Source of the DNA: Cyanidioschyzon merolae
Taxonomy: Eukaryota
Length of the DNA stretch: 64,000 nucleotides
Direction: 5' to 3' (one strand)
Assembly: GCA_000091205.1 (NCBI GenBank)
Contig: AP006492.2
The position numbers and the translations under genes are program-made. This document shows positions 44,801 to 57,309 of the stretch, one piece after another (the stretch's first letter is position 1; the number at the start of each line of letters is the position of its first letter). The notes beneath the pieces are model-generated. The model ran no database searches and was not told the DNA's origin. It worked only from the letters and a program-made list of their open reading frames with translations.

Positions 44801-45994
44801 AACGGGATACATGCCTTTTTCGAATACTGCGCTTCTGAGATTTCCTGCACTGAGCGCTCCTAAGCAAAGCAGACTTGGTTCCTGGATTCGAGCACCCAAC
44901 TTCCTCGGGGATCTATTCGATGTATTTCCCATACGACACATCGAGACCCAGTACATCTCCGCAGACAATGTTGTCCTGTGCTGATTGGCCTCCTCAGTGG
45001 GCTACCACTGGTCTCTGCACACAAGTATGAAGCACTCGAACGTCTTCACCAAGGGCAGAAGCGGGGCTCGTTCCTGTGCAATTGCCATCCATGAGTTCAA
45101 GATAATTCACATAAATCACGGGCACTAGTGTACACAGAAACTGGTATGGACCGGGAGAATGAAACAGAGATGGATTCACGAGGTGGGTTACGAGAAGCTG
45201 ATCGGACGCCAGACGGAGAAGCTCCTCCCCGTGGGACGCTTACTTTGGCGTGACTCAATGAGCAAAAATGCACGCAAGCATTTGCTGCACAAAGCTTGAA
45301 CGCCTTGGTCAACATCAGGCAATGTCCTGTGATCCAGTAGCGCCCAGCTGTTTCGTGTCCAGCGAATTTTCCCGAACATCGTCTTGCTCCCTGCGTGGGC
45401 AACCTGTTAAAACGCTAAACACTTGTGATAAGAAAATCACTGCCAACGAGACACAGAATTGCATTACCGCCTGGAACAAGGCACTGGTAGTCTACCGTTC
45501 AGCTGTCCGAACAGACCGGAGCGCCTTATCCATACATCGTGAACGGTTTTCATCGGCAATCGATGAACAAATAGGGTAGTCCACGACTAGACATTTCTGC
45601 GCATCTGGTGCGCTCCGTTCAAGATGACACGACACCTATCGTGACGCAAGCGCCCCCAGCGGTACCTGGGTAGGCACCACGCGATCACTGAGAGTGTACG
45701 TCGCAGCCTCTTCCGCGGCATGCGCAGGTCGCAGCGCCCGCCCGTATATCTACGCGATGCTCCTCGGAGTCTGCCTAATCAGATCGCGCAGCGTCATCAG
45801 AGGCGCTGTCAGTAAAAACCGAAACAGGTTACCTAAAACATATTGCATGCTGCGACTTATGGTAAAGATGTGCGCAGTGACGGCTGGATACCTGCTCTCC
45901 TGGGGCCGATGCAACCAGGAGTCACGTCCCCTGGCGGGCAGACGCGAAGCCGCTTCAACGGCTGGCGTAGAGCCTGCCGCCCCGCCCGCATTCG

Positions 45995-47707
45995 ATGTCG
46001 ATATGCCGTAGACGGAGGCGCGCTGCCTACGATTACTACTACTACTACGCTGGGCAACGAGAGCGGGTGTTCGCGGGGCGGTTTGCACTGGACGCTCGTG
46101 TGTTCCCTGAGCGTTACTCTGGAGTCAGCAGGATCATGTCCGGTAAACTGGCGGTGAAAACAGCAGAAGCGCTTCGAAATATCACGCGCGTTCGGTCGCT
46201 CCGGGAGCCGCTGTGGAGTCCGCGCACCACCGCCGCTTTGCAAGGTGTAAACGCCTCCTTGAACTGGTCGCTCGCCCGACATGATGCTGCACCTGTTGGC
46301 GTGGAATACGTCTACAGGAACCTCCGCGCAAAGAATCTGGTCTCACACTGCATAGAGCGCTATGGGTCAGCGTATACAAGTGCGCTTGTTGCGCATGGGA
46401 ACGCAGAGCGGCCTGCCGGCACGCTGCAGCTCCTCCCGCCAGCTGCGTCACGTCGCACGCATCAAGCGCTAGTCGCGGATTACTTATGTAGGGGTGGCGA
46501 TGCTTTCACGTCATCATCTTGGAAATCAAAGCTTTACGTCTTAGACGGGGCTTTTGGCTCAGATCTGGAGACGTGCCTGGCGAGTCGAGTGGTTTGCGAC
46601 GACCCTGTCGTTGCGCTTGCGCTCACGCACTGGATGGAGCGTCTTCCGGCGGGCGCTCTGGATCTGAATGTATTCAGCCCTGATATCGTGGTCTATATAG
46701 GTGCTGGCTATCATGGTCGGTTCGAGGAGAACTCCGGCAAGAACGGAATATCTTCCTCGCCGCCAAGAGACAAGGCGTCAGCAACACGAGCACCTGATGG
46801 GAACGCTTCGCCAGGCCTTGCGCATGTAACAACTGATGGACAACGTGTCTATATTGGCGCGAGCGTGCAGCTCAATCACATGCGAAGCGCTATCGGCGCC
46901 GCTGCTTCTCTAGCAATGCTCTCCACCCGACGGGGTATCGATCCGGAGCGATATGGACTGATCCTTAATGGGCAGCTCCACTCCAATGGTCGCGCTGTTT
47001 TGGGCGTCGACGGCCAGCACGTCATGTGGACGCATCGAGGACTTGCGCGAGGCTGGCGCGATGTTCTGCGTCTGGAAGACTGGCGGTCTAGCGTGCCGCC
47101 TCCGAAAGTAACGCAGCGACAGTGGCAGCAACGGGTTGCGTTCCCGTCGGGCGATGCCTCCGGTGACACTGCGATGAAGAGCAGCAGCGCATCAGCCATC
47201 GCACCGCTACGCGTCCCGTCCACGCCGAATCTTGTTCTGGAGTCGCCGCTGTTTTTGATCGCACTTGATCACGGAGGTGTGCGGCGATCAAGTTCCGATA
47301 CAAGTAAGAGAAAACGAAAGACCGTACAGAATGCAGAACAGCAACAGCAGGCGCAATCTGAGCCCGATGAGAATCGAGTGCAGGTGGTGCCTCTGAAGAA
47401 CCCACAAACGGCAGCGTTGTATGCGCTTGCCGTGGCGACTTTTCCGGTCCCGGAGAATCTTCTCGAGATCAGTGTTCGGGATTTCGTGGCAGCTTACGAG
47501 CGCGCGAATGCCCGAGCGTTGCTCGTATGCGGCACTGGAGCGACGTCCCATGTATTACAGCTGGCTGCGGACTCCGCGACACCGAGTATCACTGGCGAAG
47601 CAGTTCCTGGAGTGCTGCAGGAGTATGCCCGGCAGTGCATCCTTGACAGGTATCGCCAGGTAGGTCAGCAGCTGCTTGCCCAAGACGGCCCGCTTGCGGC
47701 AGCTTAA
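45995..47707 (+). CDS. hypothetical protein (up to 570 aa)
   Basis: Long ORF with no recognised domain. The likely start is internal (MSGKLAV.. at about 46137). It contains an SQ-rich acidic stretch. Confidence 0.4.
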   Translation: MSICRRRRRAAYDYYYYYAGQRERVFAGRFALDARVFPERYSGVSRIMSGKLAVKTAEALRNITRVRSLREPLWSPRTTAALQGVNASLNWSLARHDAAPVGVEYVYRNLRAKNLVSHCIERYGSAYTSALVAHGNAERPAGTLQLLPPAASRRTHQALVADYLCRGGDAFTSSSWKSKLYVLDGAFGSDLETCLASRVVCDDPVVALALTHWMERLPAGALDLNVFSPDIVVYIGAGYHGRFEENSGKNGISSSPPRDKASATRAPDGNASPGLAHVTTDGQRVYIGASVQLNHMRSAIGAAASLAMLSTRRGIDPERYGLILNGQLHSNGRAVLGVDGQHVMWTHRGLARGWRDVLRLEDWRSSVPPPKVTQRQWQQRVAFPSGDASGDTAMKSSSASAIAPLRVPSTPNLVLESPLFLIALDHGGVRRSSSDTSKRKRKTVQNAEQQQQAQSEPDENRVQVVPLKNPQTAALYALAVATFPVPENLLEISVRDFVAAYERANARALLVCGTGATSHVLQLAADSATPSITGEAVPGVLQEYARQCILDRYRQVGQQLLAQDGPLAAA

Positions 47708-49854
47708 AGTTCCGCAGTCTTAGGCAGCGCCTTGTCGCGGAATGTGCAAGCAACGTATATTCAGCACTGCTTTAGACTCGATTGCATCTACTTGCACACG
47801 AGCAGTAAACCCCGAAGAAACGCATGCGCTGTTGTGTCGAAGCACGTTGCCATAGCGTCCGTTTGGTCAGCGCTCCAAAATTGCTGTATTTTCATTCGCC
47901 TACGCCACAATGGCGGTAGCACTGCTTATCATGGTACTGGACACTACCGGCTGCAGCTGCGGTTTGGCGGGAGTCGTGTATGGGTCGCGGCGGGCCTGGG
48001 TACCGTCCGAGCGCTCTGGCGTTGCCGGCCGCTTTCCTTGACAGACGTAGGGGTAGCGCTTGGATGCAATCAACTCGTTTCATGTTCCGGAGGCAGCCAT
48101 GTATCGCTTTCGCCTGAGCGAAGACGGATGAGCGGTATGCGTGGGAAGCCTTGCTCGTTTCGCTCGATAGTGGACCTGTGTGCGAAATCGACAGCTAGCG
48201 TACGGAATGTGTGTGTGTTTGCTTTTGTGGCGGGCGGGGTTATTCAATAGCTTCTTTGCATGCAAGCTTGTATCCTTGTCTCCGGCGTTTGATCATTGTT
48301 GACTTGCCTGTCCGCTTTTCTGCAAGCATTCAAAGCGTCGGCAGCGGCGGATAACCCGCTGCCTAAAGAGACTCGATCGGCCTATCCTGGGGCCTGCTAT
48401 CTGCACTGCACCGATGATGGGTACTCGGCTCGGCATGGCGTCGGGATCACCTGCACCAGGATGCTTCCTGATTGGGGCAGTTCGGGGCCCCATTTTACGA
48501 CAGCGACACCGTAAAGTTTCCATACGCATGTCAGTCTGAAATGGAACGGTTCCGCTCAGTCAACACAGGAGCATTCGCTCAAGTTCGTGCCTCTTCGTAT
48601 TGCGATCTACACGAGCCTCTGCGAATTTTCATTTGACTGCTTCATTTCCAACTGTCTTGTCTCCGGCTTTCAATAAGAGAGTCTCTTCTGTCTCTGCAGA
48701 TCCGCGACAGGCAGTCCAAGCATGTTGACAGCAGCGTTAAAGTCCGGATTTCACTGCTTCCTGCTGTTGTGGACGAATTCCATGCACAGGCAAAAGCGGC
48801 GATCTATGCTTCGCTTGCCCCGTTCATCTCCTGCGGATGCAGTCTCGATGCGTTTTTCGCAGCGATCACATTTGGCAGTGGTGAGATATCACCTCCTCGG
48901 CTGAGCGCTGTCCTGTGAAGCGTGATCGCGGGCTTGATCGCTCACTGTATGCCCTTGATGACTAGAAAAGGCTCCCGTCGACCCCCACTTGTGTTTCCCG
49001 CCCCATACCGTACCCAAAAACCAAGCGCGGCATGAGGACGATCCCCTGAGCGAGTTCTATGTTCGCTGCGCGCGCTGTGTCATTCGATCGAGGAATTTTG
49101 AGACTATGAAACTTTCCATGATGAAAACTATGGTCAGAAGAACCAGGTTTAAGAGCAAGTTGAGGGATTCGATCCGCCGACGCGCTTCTCGTGCTAAACG
49201 ATGGCGTACTCTTCACCGAAAACCATCGCTACGACAAGCAAGGTCCGAGTCCAGGGATATTTTCCATGCAACTGTAAGAGACAGGGGTCTCTGCGAGCGT
49301 ATCGTCTCAGAGACGTCATGCTAGAGTCTAGAGCCATCTTGTCCATGGCCACGAAGAGAGAAGGATTCGTCATTGGAACGGAATTGGATATTCGACGTGT
49401 CAAGTTCAGCAAACAATTGGCATGAGCTATTGAAGAGGTCTTCAAACTACGATGTTGTGTTTTGGTTGGTCGCCAATCCAGAAGCGCGAATGGCTGTGCT
49501 GACGTGTTGCTTTGAAACATAATGATTGAAAGTTTGAACCTTGCATGATTTGGGGATGCTGCTCTTACGGAAAGGATAAGCGTGCAGACTTGTTGGTATG
49601 CATTACATATTGATAGAGGTTCTTCTACGAGACCTTGTTCTAGGGCACCGCGAATCATGCTGAAGACCATTCCATAAAAAGTTCTAGTGGTAAGGCGTCG
49701 AAGGAGTAACTTTCGAAAGACGCATGAGAATCCAGGGACCGTCTATGGATCTGGAAGCCCGCATCGCTGCATTTCGAATATCGAGACTGAACATCTGAAA
49801 CTTCGAAAAAATCGCAAGGTAGGAATATATAAACCAGGTCAGTGTTCCATTTGC

Positions 49855-51210
49855 AACTATAGACGGTGACTATAACGGAAAACGTTCTACGGTCATGGAG
49901 GATAAACTGGTATCCCTTCACGGGCACCCCGCACCAGCCTTTTCTTGACCGGCCACCTGCCATCGTTTTTAGTTTCTCCTTGCACACGTCGAGCCGGAGC
50001 GCGTGCTCTGTGAAGTTGGATCGCGTCAGCTACGCAGGCCTCTCTTTCAGCACTGCACATTTTTCTGACACTGAGGGCGGCGTTGAAGTCACGGTTCACG
50101 AGCTCCATGTGATTATCGACAATGATGGAAGTCGTCAGTGCAAGTATTGCCAGAACTTTTCCCCTCTGTGCCGTATGCTGCTCTGTCAGAACCCCGTTCC
50201 TTTCTATCGCCGAAGCGCTCCGTTGCGTTTTCCATCTCAACCTTTTGATTCTTTATTTTTGAAAATGAACGTATTTTTATGCCCTGTTTGAGGACCTTGT
50301 TGGAGGGATTAGAACTTTCGGAAGGAAGACGAAAGATGCACTGGTTTTACCGTGTGCTGAACGCTTCAGCGATTCGCCCAGTACAGCGATCAATTCTTTT
50401 CAGGATTGCAAAGACACCTGCAATGGAGTTCAACCACGGAGCGTGCTGCGGCATGAAAAGCAGCTCTACGCGGTAGAATCGAAAAAAGCTCGAACTCAAC
50501 GGGAATAGTCAAATGCCACGTTGTCCAGTAGGAGGATATCGCCACCGGTCTGGGGAGACCCTTCAATGATTCGACAAAGTGGGTGCTGTTTTATGATCCT
50601 TGTCTCAAGCGAAACTGAGGCCGCCAAATCATTCCACTGCAGCTAGAAAAGATGATGATGTCCTCGTTCTCTTCTACATCGATTGTACCCACAACTTGCT
50701 CCCTGCTCGGCGAATACTCATGTACGCTCCGACCGTTTCGTCGGATGCAAGTCTCATCGACTCAAAGAACAGACCGACGTCGCCGTGCTCCCTACAGATC
50801 GCCGAGTTCCAGAAAGTTTTTCATGGGTGCCGTTTCGGTGGAAGATGGCCGTGCGTGAACTAGAAGTTTTATTGGGACTGTCTCCCAGTGTTTCCCGGAC
50901 AACACGAACAAACTTTAGAGAAACAGAGCTGCTCGTAGTTGCAACAATCGTCGCTTTTGCTTTCCTTTTGGTGATCAACGAGTCGTTTTCTACCATTGAT
51001 CGCAAGCACGCTTTGAGAATACCAGTTTTGACGCAGAGCGCATCCACTTGTTTCTTTCAGTGTTCTGCAACCATCTGAGTACTGTGGTATGATTGATCTG
51101 GACGAGGAATGCAGTCCTCGTTGCACTGTTCAGTAAAGAATATACCGTATTGGCAATTCGTCTACGACCTATACAGTACCTTGCATATTGATGTCGATCT
51201 CCTGGTATAT
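49855..51210 (-). mobile_element. degenerate chimeric element B2: Fanzor 3' module plus Y segment
   Basis: Collinear homology with 17090-18440 across both the Fanzor-derived part and the Y part. The conserved GGCCGGTCAAGAAAAGG core lies at about 49940-49960 on the minus strand. Confidence 0.55.
49893..50240 (-). pseudogene. truncated Fanzor/TnpB-like ORF retaining Zn-finger-like region and RuvC-III (VNRDFNAALSVRKM), lacking RuvC-I/II
   Basis: The ORF-track protein aligns with the copy A1 C-terminal segment (..YGALTEEHMGRKAKVSG.. to NGVLTEQHTAQRGKVLA.., VNQDFNAAINI to VNRDFNAALSV). The homologous upstream sequence is replaced by segment Y. Confidence 0.6.
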
Positions 51211-51306
51211 ATTGCACCGGGAGTGTACAAAAATTAACGTGAAAAACTATACCATTCGAAGATCACACACTTCCTACCAACAACCCGGGAAACGCATACA
51301 CTGAAG

Positions 51307-52344
51307 ATGTGGCCCAGCGGAGCTGCTGGCGCCGGCGCCGCTTTCGGCAGTCCAACCGGTAACCGCACCGGTGCTGTGCCGAATGTTTCGAGGCCTCTGA
51401 AGGTGCTGTGCAACGACATGCTTGCCACAATAGGTCGCTGGAGGACTGTTTCTGGAAGCATTAGGGCGGCAAGAGCGTTGTCCGTTGCACTTCGAGCACC
51501 GGCAGCTGTCGTGGCTCGCGAGCAGGCCTCCAGCGTCAGTGTAAAGCGCACAAGCCTGCCTGGGGGCAGCACTCTACTGAGAAACACTTCTGCCCAGTCT
51601 CTGCTCGCTTCGTCCGCGCTCAACGTTTCATCAACTCGAGAGGAACGTTTGGCAAGGCACGTTGGGTCTGGACGTGTTCAGAGAGCGGTAACGCTGGCGG
51701 CTGCGTGCGCGCCGCGTCCTCGGGCAGTGCTCCCGAGTGCTGGATCGAACCAGAACTTTTGCACAGCGTTAAGGAAACTAGGTACCGCCTGTCTCTACCA
51801 ACAGCCACAGCCGTGGCACCACACAACGATTCTGGCTGTGCGGAAAAGTGGCCAAGTGTGTCTGGTCGGCGATGGGCAGGTATCCATGGGTGAAACCATT
51901 CTCAAGGCGAATGCACGCAAGGTACGGCGCCTAGGCGACTCGGTTATTGCGGGCTTTTCTGGTGCCACTGCGGATGCGTTGACGCTTTTCGAGCGGTTGG
52001 AACAAAAACTTGAGGCGTACCCAGACCAGTTGCTGCGAGCATCTGTCGAACTCGCAAAGGAATGGCGTCAAGACAAGGCCTTGCGACGTCTCGATGCGCT
52101 TCTTCTGGTCGCTGACCGTTCGATAACGCTCACGCTCACGGGCACCGGGGACGTGCTGGAGCCCAGTGACGGCGTCATGGCCATCGGCAGCGGTGGTATG
52201 TACGCCCTGGCGGCTGCGAGGGCACTTCTGGAGCTGGAAGACTGGACGGCGGAGCGAATCGCTCGACGAGCTATGCAGATTGCCTCAGAAATATGTGTAT
52301 TTACGAACGAGCAACTAACATGTGAAGTGCTCAGTGGTGCATGA
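51307..52344 (+). CDS. hslV: ATP-dependent protease subunit HslV (ClpQ) with ~110-aa N-terminal presequence/propeptide
   Basis: Mature-domain hallmark [76 protein letters not shown]... The catalytic N-terminal Thr is preceded by a long extension, as in organellar eukaryotic HslV. Confidence 0.9.
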   Translation: MWPSGAAGAGAAFGSPTGNRTGAVPNVSRPLKVLCNDMLATIGRWRTVSGSIRAARALSVALRAPAAVVAREQASSVSVKRTSLPGGSTLLRNTSAQSLLASSALNVSSTREERLARHVGSGRVQRAVTLAAACAPRPRAVLPSAGSNQNFCTALRKLGTACLYQQPQPWHHTTILAVRKSGQVCLVGDGQVSMGETILKANARKVRRLGDSVIAGFSGATADALTLFERLEQKLEAYPDQLLRASVELAKEWRQDKALRRLDALLLVADRSITLTLTGTGDVLEPSDGVMAIGSGGMYALAAARALLELEDWTAERIARRAMQIASEICVFTNEQLTCEVLSGA

Positions 52345-53091
52345 TTCGCAGCCTTTGGAGTGCGCGCCCCGCAGCGGCGTCATCATACACGCGCTGCGCT
52401 ATCTCTTCTTTGCGGCTTTGGCCCGAGATCCCCGCTCAACCTTCTGAACTTGTAGTTTTGGTGGCAGTGACTGCTCAAGCTTCGTTGCTTTCCGCGAGTC
52501 TTGAACGACGAGCGTGTAAAGGAACCGACTGCACCGGATCTTAAACTTGGTATTCGCGCGGTTTCGTTTCACGGTTACCCGCGTAGCGTCTGCGCGTTTG
52601 CACAGACTAAGAAACGTTTTCAGGTCTTTGATTTCTTTCGGCATGGTGTTGCGTTTATGCACGCTGCAGTGCCGTTGAACTACGTCCACTAGCCCTAGCG
52701 CGTATCGTAGTTCGGCCCGCTTTTCTCCACAGCGACCTTCCCACGAATAACACGGTCACAGTGTACCGCTGGGCTGCTCATGACGGATGCGACGGATCGC
52801 GGGGCCAGTCGCGGCAGCTTGTCACGTGACCTTGGACATGGCGGTGCAGCGTCTCATAACACCGGCGCCCGCGTCGATCCGGGAACCACGCCGTCCAAAG
52901 CTGGAACAATTTATAAGAAATGAGTTATATTGGATTCTTTAGGAATCATATGTGTCAGGGACCACGATACGTGCCGGTACCGCTACCGCCAGACACGTCT
53001 AAATGCAAGCGATATGCAGTTTCTGGCGAACGGCAGCACTACTCAGTACGAAGGGGATTTACCTCCATGAAACGTATTCAGAACACAGCGA

Positions 53092-54867
53092 ATGCCAAAC
53101 GCTGTTGATTCAGAGAATGAAAACGCATCGGAGTACACGCTTGCCGCTGAGCACGTCAACAGAACGTCGCTCTCTGAACCAGGGCACAAGTCCCAGGCAA
53201 GTACCTCGCTGGCGGCGCTTGCTGACGACACAGAAAACGGCGATAGCGTCTGTGCGCTATGCCAACAGTTGGATCTTGCGCAGCTCCGAGTTGAACTAGA
53301 GCGAAACGGAACGGAAAGACGCAAACTGGAGGCGAAGATTGACCGTACTTTTCTGGTGAGTGTGGATCGCCTTCTCGAACAGGACGCGCTTCTCTGCCGA
53401 CTTGAGGGCGCGATCGAGAGCCAGGAACAGGCTCTGCGGCGTTTGGTTCAAGAGTTTCATCATGTAGCGGTTAAGCGAGCAAACCAGCTCCCAGCCTTGA
53501 GAACAAAGTTAAGACGACTACGCGAGTCGGTCAAATCCAGCGCGCGTAGCAGGTCGTGGCAATCACTTGCCGAGGTCCGCGATCGTCTGGAGCAGGCGAT
53601 TCGCCACCGCGAATACGATGAAGCGCTATCACTTTACGCAAATCTTCGAACAATGTCGGCAAACCTGGGAAAAGCATCCCTGGAAAAAGAATACTTGGAA
53701 ACACAGATGTCGTCTCTGGAGACGATGCTGGCAGTGAGCATTCTCGAGGAGCTCTCGGAGGCAACCTCCCTATCAAAATGTATTGAAATGAGCGGTTTTT
53801 TGCGAACCTTCGATTTCTTCGACAATGCGGAGCTCCGTCGTCTTTTTCTCCATTGTCGAGGACGCTATATCTGGAGATTTATCTCCGATGCAATGCGAGC
53901 GCTCGACGCTCTGCCGACGGAGACTCGGGAGCGAACGGAGGCAATTGTGGTGCTACAATTATCGAGACTCACTGATGCGCTGCGTCAGAGGGTTCTGAAG
54001 CTTTTCACAGAGTACCGAACCCTGTTTTCAAATGCCAACGCCGATGACGACGCGTCAGATTCGGTCGAGGGCGATGCTTTGCTAGTTGATGAAGCCTGGT
54101 GCGCATGGCATCGAGAATGGCTTACTGCGTACCTGCTCGTCGTCGAGAAGACCATTGCCCGCGTCTCAGATGTGGTGCTGATCCAGACGCTGTTCACACA
54201 GACCATGGCCTTTGCAGCCGCGCTTGGTCGCCTCGAGCTTGATTTCCGACCACTTTTGGTCCCGCTGTATGAGCGAGCTGTGTTGCGCGTCTGGCAGCGC
54301 AAGCTACACGATGCTCTGTTGCATTATAGCCGGTTGTTGCGATCGCTAGACCTGGACTCTATCAACCCGGAGGTGCACATGATCTCCAGTGCGCTGGTAG
54401 GGAGCGTTGACGCGTCTCCGGAAACAACTGCGTCGGGAGACGGTGCCGTGGAACCGGCGCCGGCCCCAGCCTCAGCCCCGAAAGAAGGTGTAGCTTTGAG
54501 CGTTGCACCGATCGTCCAGCTCCAGAATGAAATCGAAAGCGCTATCCTACAGCTCGGCGTGTTGGTCCCGAGTCGGCACCTCGGAGTCTTTGCGAACGAG
54601 CTCTGCCAGGCTCTCAAAGATGCTGGTGCGGTCATCGCGGAGCTTCTCGTATTTCCTCGCTTAAACACGGGAGCAGGACACGTTGGAGACACCCTCATAC
54701 GCGCGTTACGCTCCGAGCTCGTCCCGCGAGTCATGCAGCGGTTTCGCGAGGCGACCGAAATACCCGCGGAAGAACTAGCACCTTTCGAAGAGAAACTCGA
54801 GAGGTTCTACTGCGAACTCGACCATCTTCCCCCGATCAATGAGAATCATCACCAATACAACAGCTAA
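53092..54867 (+). CDS. hypothetical coiled-coil protein (591 aa)
   Basis: Long ORF with extended predicted coiled-coil/helical regions. No specific family recognised. Confidence 0.45.
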   Translation: MPNAVDSENENASEYTLAAEHVNRTSLSEPGHKSQASTSLAALADDTENGDSVCALCQQLDLAQLRVELERNGTERRKLEAKIDRTFLVSVDRLLEQDALLCRLEGAIESQEQALRRLVQEFHHVAVKRANQLPALRTKLRRLRESVKSSARSRSWQSLAEVRDRLEQAIRHREYDEALSLYANLRTMSANLGKASLEKEYLETQMSSLETMLAVSILEELSEATSLSKCIEMSGFLRTFDFFDNAELRRLFLHCRGRYIWRFISDAMRALDALPTETRERTEAIVVLQLSRLTDALRQRVLKLFTEYRTLFSNANADDDASDSVEGDALLVDEAWCAWHREWLTAYLLVVEKTIARVSDVVLIQTLFTQTMAFAAALGRLELDFRPLLVPLYERAVLRVWQRKLHDALLHYSRLLRSLDLDSINPEVHMISSALVGSVDASPETTASGDGAVEPAPAPASAPKEGVALSVAPIVQLQNEIESAILQLGVLVPSRHLGVFANELCQALKDAGAVIAELLVFPRLNTGAGHVGDTLIRALRSELVPRVMQRFREATEIPAEELAPFEEKLERFYCELDHLPPINENHHQYNS

Positions 54868-55180
54868 AGAAACTGATTGGTTGAGGTTCCCAATTCGATT
54901 GCAGTCTGTCTCGATCGGTTGACGGTCGTGCCGTTCACATCGAATCGCATGCACGGTCCATGTGCGAATACCGGGTAGCGGACTGAGGCCACTCCAGGCA
55001 CCACAGCAGCTTCATGATTCGTGCCCAGATGATTAAGGGGGTACTCGGGTTGCAGCAGTTCTTGCCGCAGGTCGCGGGGTTCAGCGCCTTTGGCTCACCA
55101 CGTGGCATCCGTTGTTTGCGGAATCGGCGCCCTGGGGTACTCTAACTTTGCTTAGCATGATTCCAGACGCTTCCTGAAGC

Positions 55181-56470
55181 TGCATCCATGCCAGAATATC
55201 ATAGAACCGGTCTATACAGCCACCATAAGCATGTACACTCTGAAGTTTGCATCGTTTTCAGTGGTCACCAACGCCCGGGCCTTGGCGAGCTTTTTCCGCG
55301 ACTGGTTCCTGTTCCTCTAGCTGATTTCCGGCTTGGAATACGCAGGTCTCTCCTTGTTATCCCGCCCAGTTGTAGGCAATCGAAGGATGCTGAAGGCAGT
55401 GTTCCCGTCCATATCTCGTTGCTTCTCGGTGTTGTCAATACATCTAACAGAGAGAAAGTGGTTGCGATCTGGGCATCGCTTGTCATCTCCATGTTCGATG
55501 AACGCTGCCTCGAGGCGCACTTGCAGCGGTGACAGTTGACTGTGGTCAGATGCTCCCGTATGCTCAGCAGGCCTCCTCGTGGTCAGCAGATCGCCGCCCT
55601 GTGGCGCATGAGGGCTAGCACCAGCGCCCGGTACTTGCCATTGACGGGTGCAGGAGGCTTTGTATTTGCTGGCCTCCGCCGCTTCCGTGCCCGATGCAGT
55701 GCCCTAGCATCACGTGCTTCTTCAGGGCAATCCATTTGACAAGTACTGTGACTTGTTTTACAAGCAAGCGCACGCACTTTCATTCGATAAATGATTTTTG
55801 GGGCGCTATCTTACCCGCGATGCAGCGAGCACCGAAACGAAAATCCAGATTTCAAACCGAGTCCAGCAATTTCGATCCCTCTACGCTCCCTTTGTGGAAA
55901 GCGGTGACGCGAGCTCAAAAAAAAAAAGATGTTGCTGCGATGATGGAAATTCGAGCCCAAGACGATTTCCTGCTAGAGCTGCGTCGGAAGCCTCTGGACG
56001 CACGTTCCGCGAGAGATGTGGTGCTGCAGTCGAATGCAGTTGCATCCATGACTGCAAAGCGAGGAAGATTTGTCACGACAAGATCGGTGAATCTTCGGCA
56101 TGAGCTTATGCGGAAGTTGTCAAGCGACGACGCTGAGCTTTTTGTTGTCAATCCAGCGGCTCGACATGCTGTGCCCAAGAGTTGCCTTGAACCAGACGGA
56201 TTGAATACTTGAAGAATGCATAGTTTTAGCACACTACGCATAAGAAAACGATAAGCTAGGAGGTTTCTACGTTTGCATTGGATAATGCAATGGGTTAATT
56301 TACGAGCCCTTGCTCGAGTGCGTCGCGAATCATCCTGACACCGGTGACGTAACGAATGCCAGCGGCAGACAGTCGAGGGCGCCACTCCGAAAACACGACC
56401 GAGAACCCTAAATCGACTAGTGAACCCCTGCATCCTTTTTGCTGCGTTTGGAATGTCAGGACGATATCTC
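55181..56470. repeat. 1.28-kb interspersed repeat, copy R-B
   Basis: Near-identical to 30733-32010. It lies immediately upstream of the DUF21-CBS gene. Confidence 0.8.
55820..56212 (+). CDS. hypothetical small basic protein, second copy
   Basis: Paralog of 31362-31751, differing by the in-frame indel. Confidence 0.45.
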   Translation: MQRAPKRKSRFQTESSNFDPSTLPLWKAVTRAQKKKDVAAMMEIRAQDDFLLELRRKPLDARSARDVVLQSNAVASMTAKRGRFVTTRSVNLRHELMRKLSSDDAELFVVNPAARHAVPKSCLEPDGLNT

Positions 56471-57309
56471 GAAAACAAAATCAGAAAGTAATCGCTGCGC
56501 ACACACGAAACAAGGCGTTCCGTGCTCCACGGGCTCATCGGATACGGACGGCAGGCATCCGCAGACGCGCGCGACCGTCTGCGTCTCCTGAGAGACGCGC
56601 ACGCGCATCAATGCAATGCCCTCTGCGAAGCTGCCCGCGAAACGCACTATCCAGGGCGGCAGCGATGATGCTTGCGCGCCGGGCAACATCACCGCCGCCG
56701 CCGCCGGCATGCGTGCGCCCTCCCAGGCGCGCACCTACACGTGAAATCAGGTCAGGCGCACTGCATCGACGCTGGACGACGACGTCACCCGCTTGCCCGC
56801 ATTCGAGCCGTGCGTGCGTGCGTGCTTGCGTGCATGCGTGCTTGTTTGCGTGCGTGCTCGCCTGCACCACTATTCTTGTTGGTGTGAGCGATTTCGGAGC
56901 TTTCTGCTCTAGAAGAGTGGAAAGCACGCCGCCCAAGTGCGAGCGGTGGTTCATCCTGGTGTGTAACGGTGCCGAAAGCGTGTACCGGACCTCCATGGGA
57001 GCGTTTCGGGGCTGGGCGTTGTCGGTGTCGTCACGCCGCAGTGCCTGTGTGCTGGCGGAGCCGCTGGCCTTTGGTGTGGCGCTTCAAGGGCGACGCTTTG
57101 GCGCACACTGCGTACCACGTTTTGGGCGTCGTGGGGGCACTGTGCGAAATAGACAGCACACGCAACCGAGGCGGAGGTGTCGGCGTAACGAGCGTCTGCC
57201 GAAGGTCTGTTGTCTCTTGACGAGGAATCGGAAGCGCTGTGGCGACTTGCCGGTGAAAAGCGCCGCTACGTGCCGCACGAGAGCGCTTCGGCTAGAACTG
57301 TTGCTTCGT

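Noticed and set aside
56356-57309. N-terminal 318 residues of the 885-aa ORF as part of the DUF21-CBS protein
   Set aside because: The translation is Arg/Pro/Ala-rich low complexity driven by a GC-rich simple repeat and overlaps the end of repeat copy R-B. Conserved DUF21 sequence begins after the ATG at 57310.
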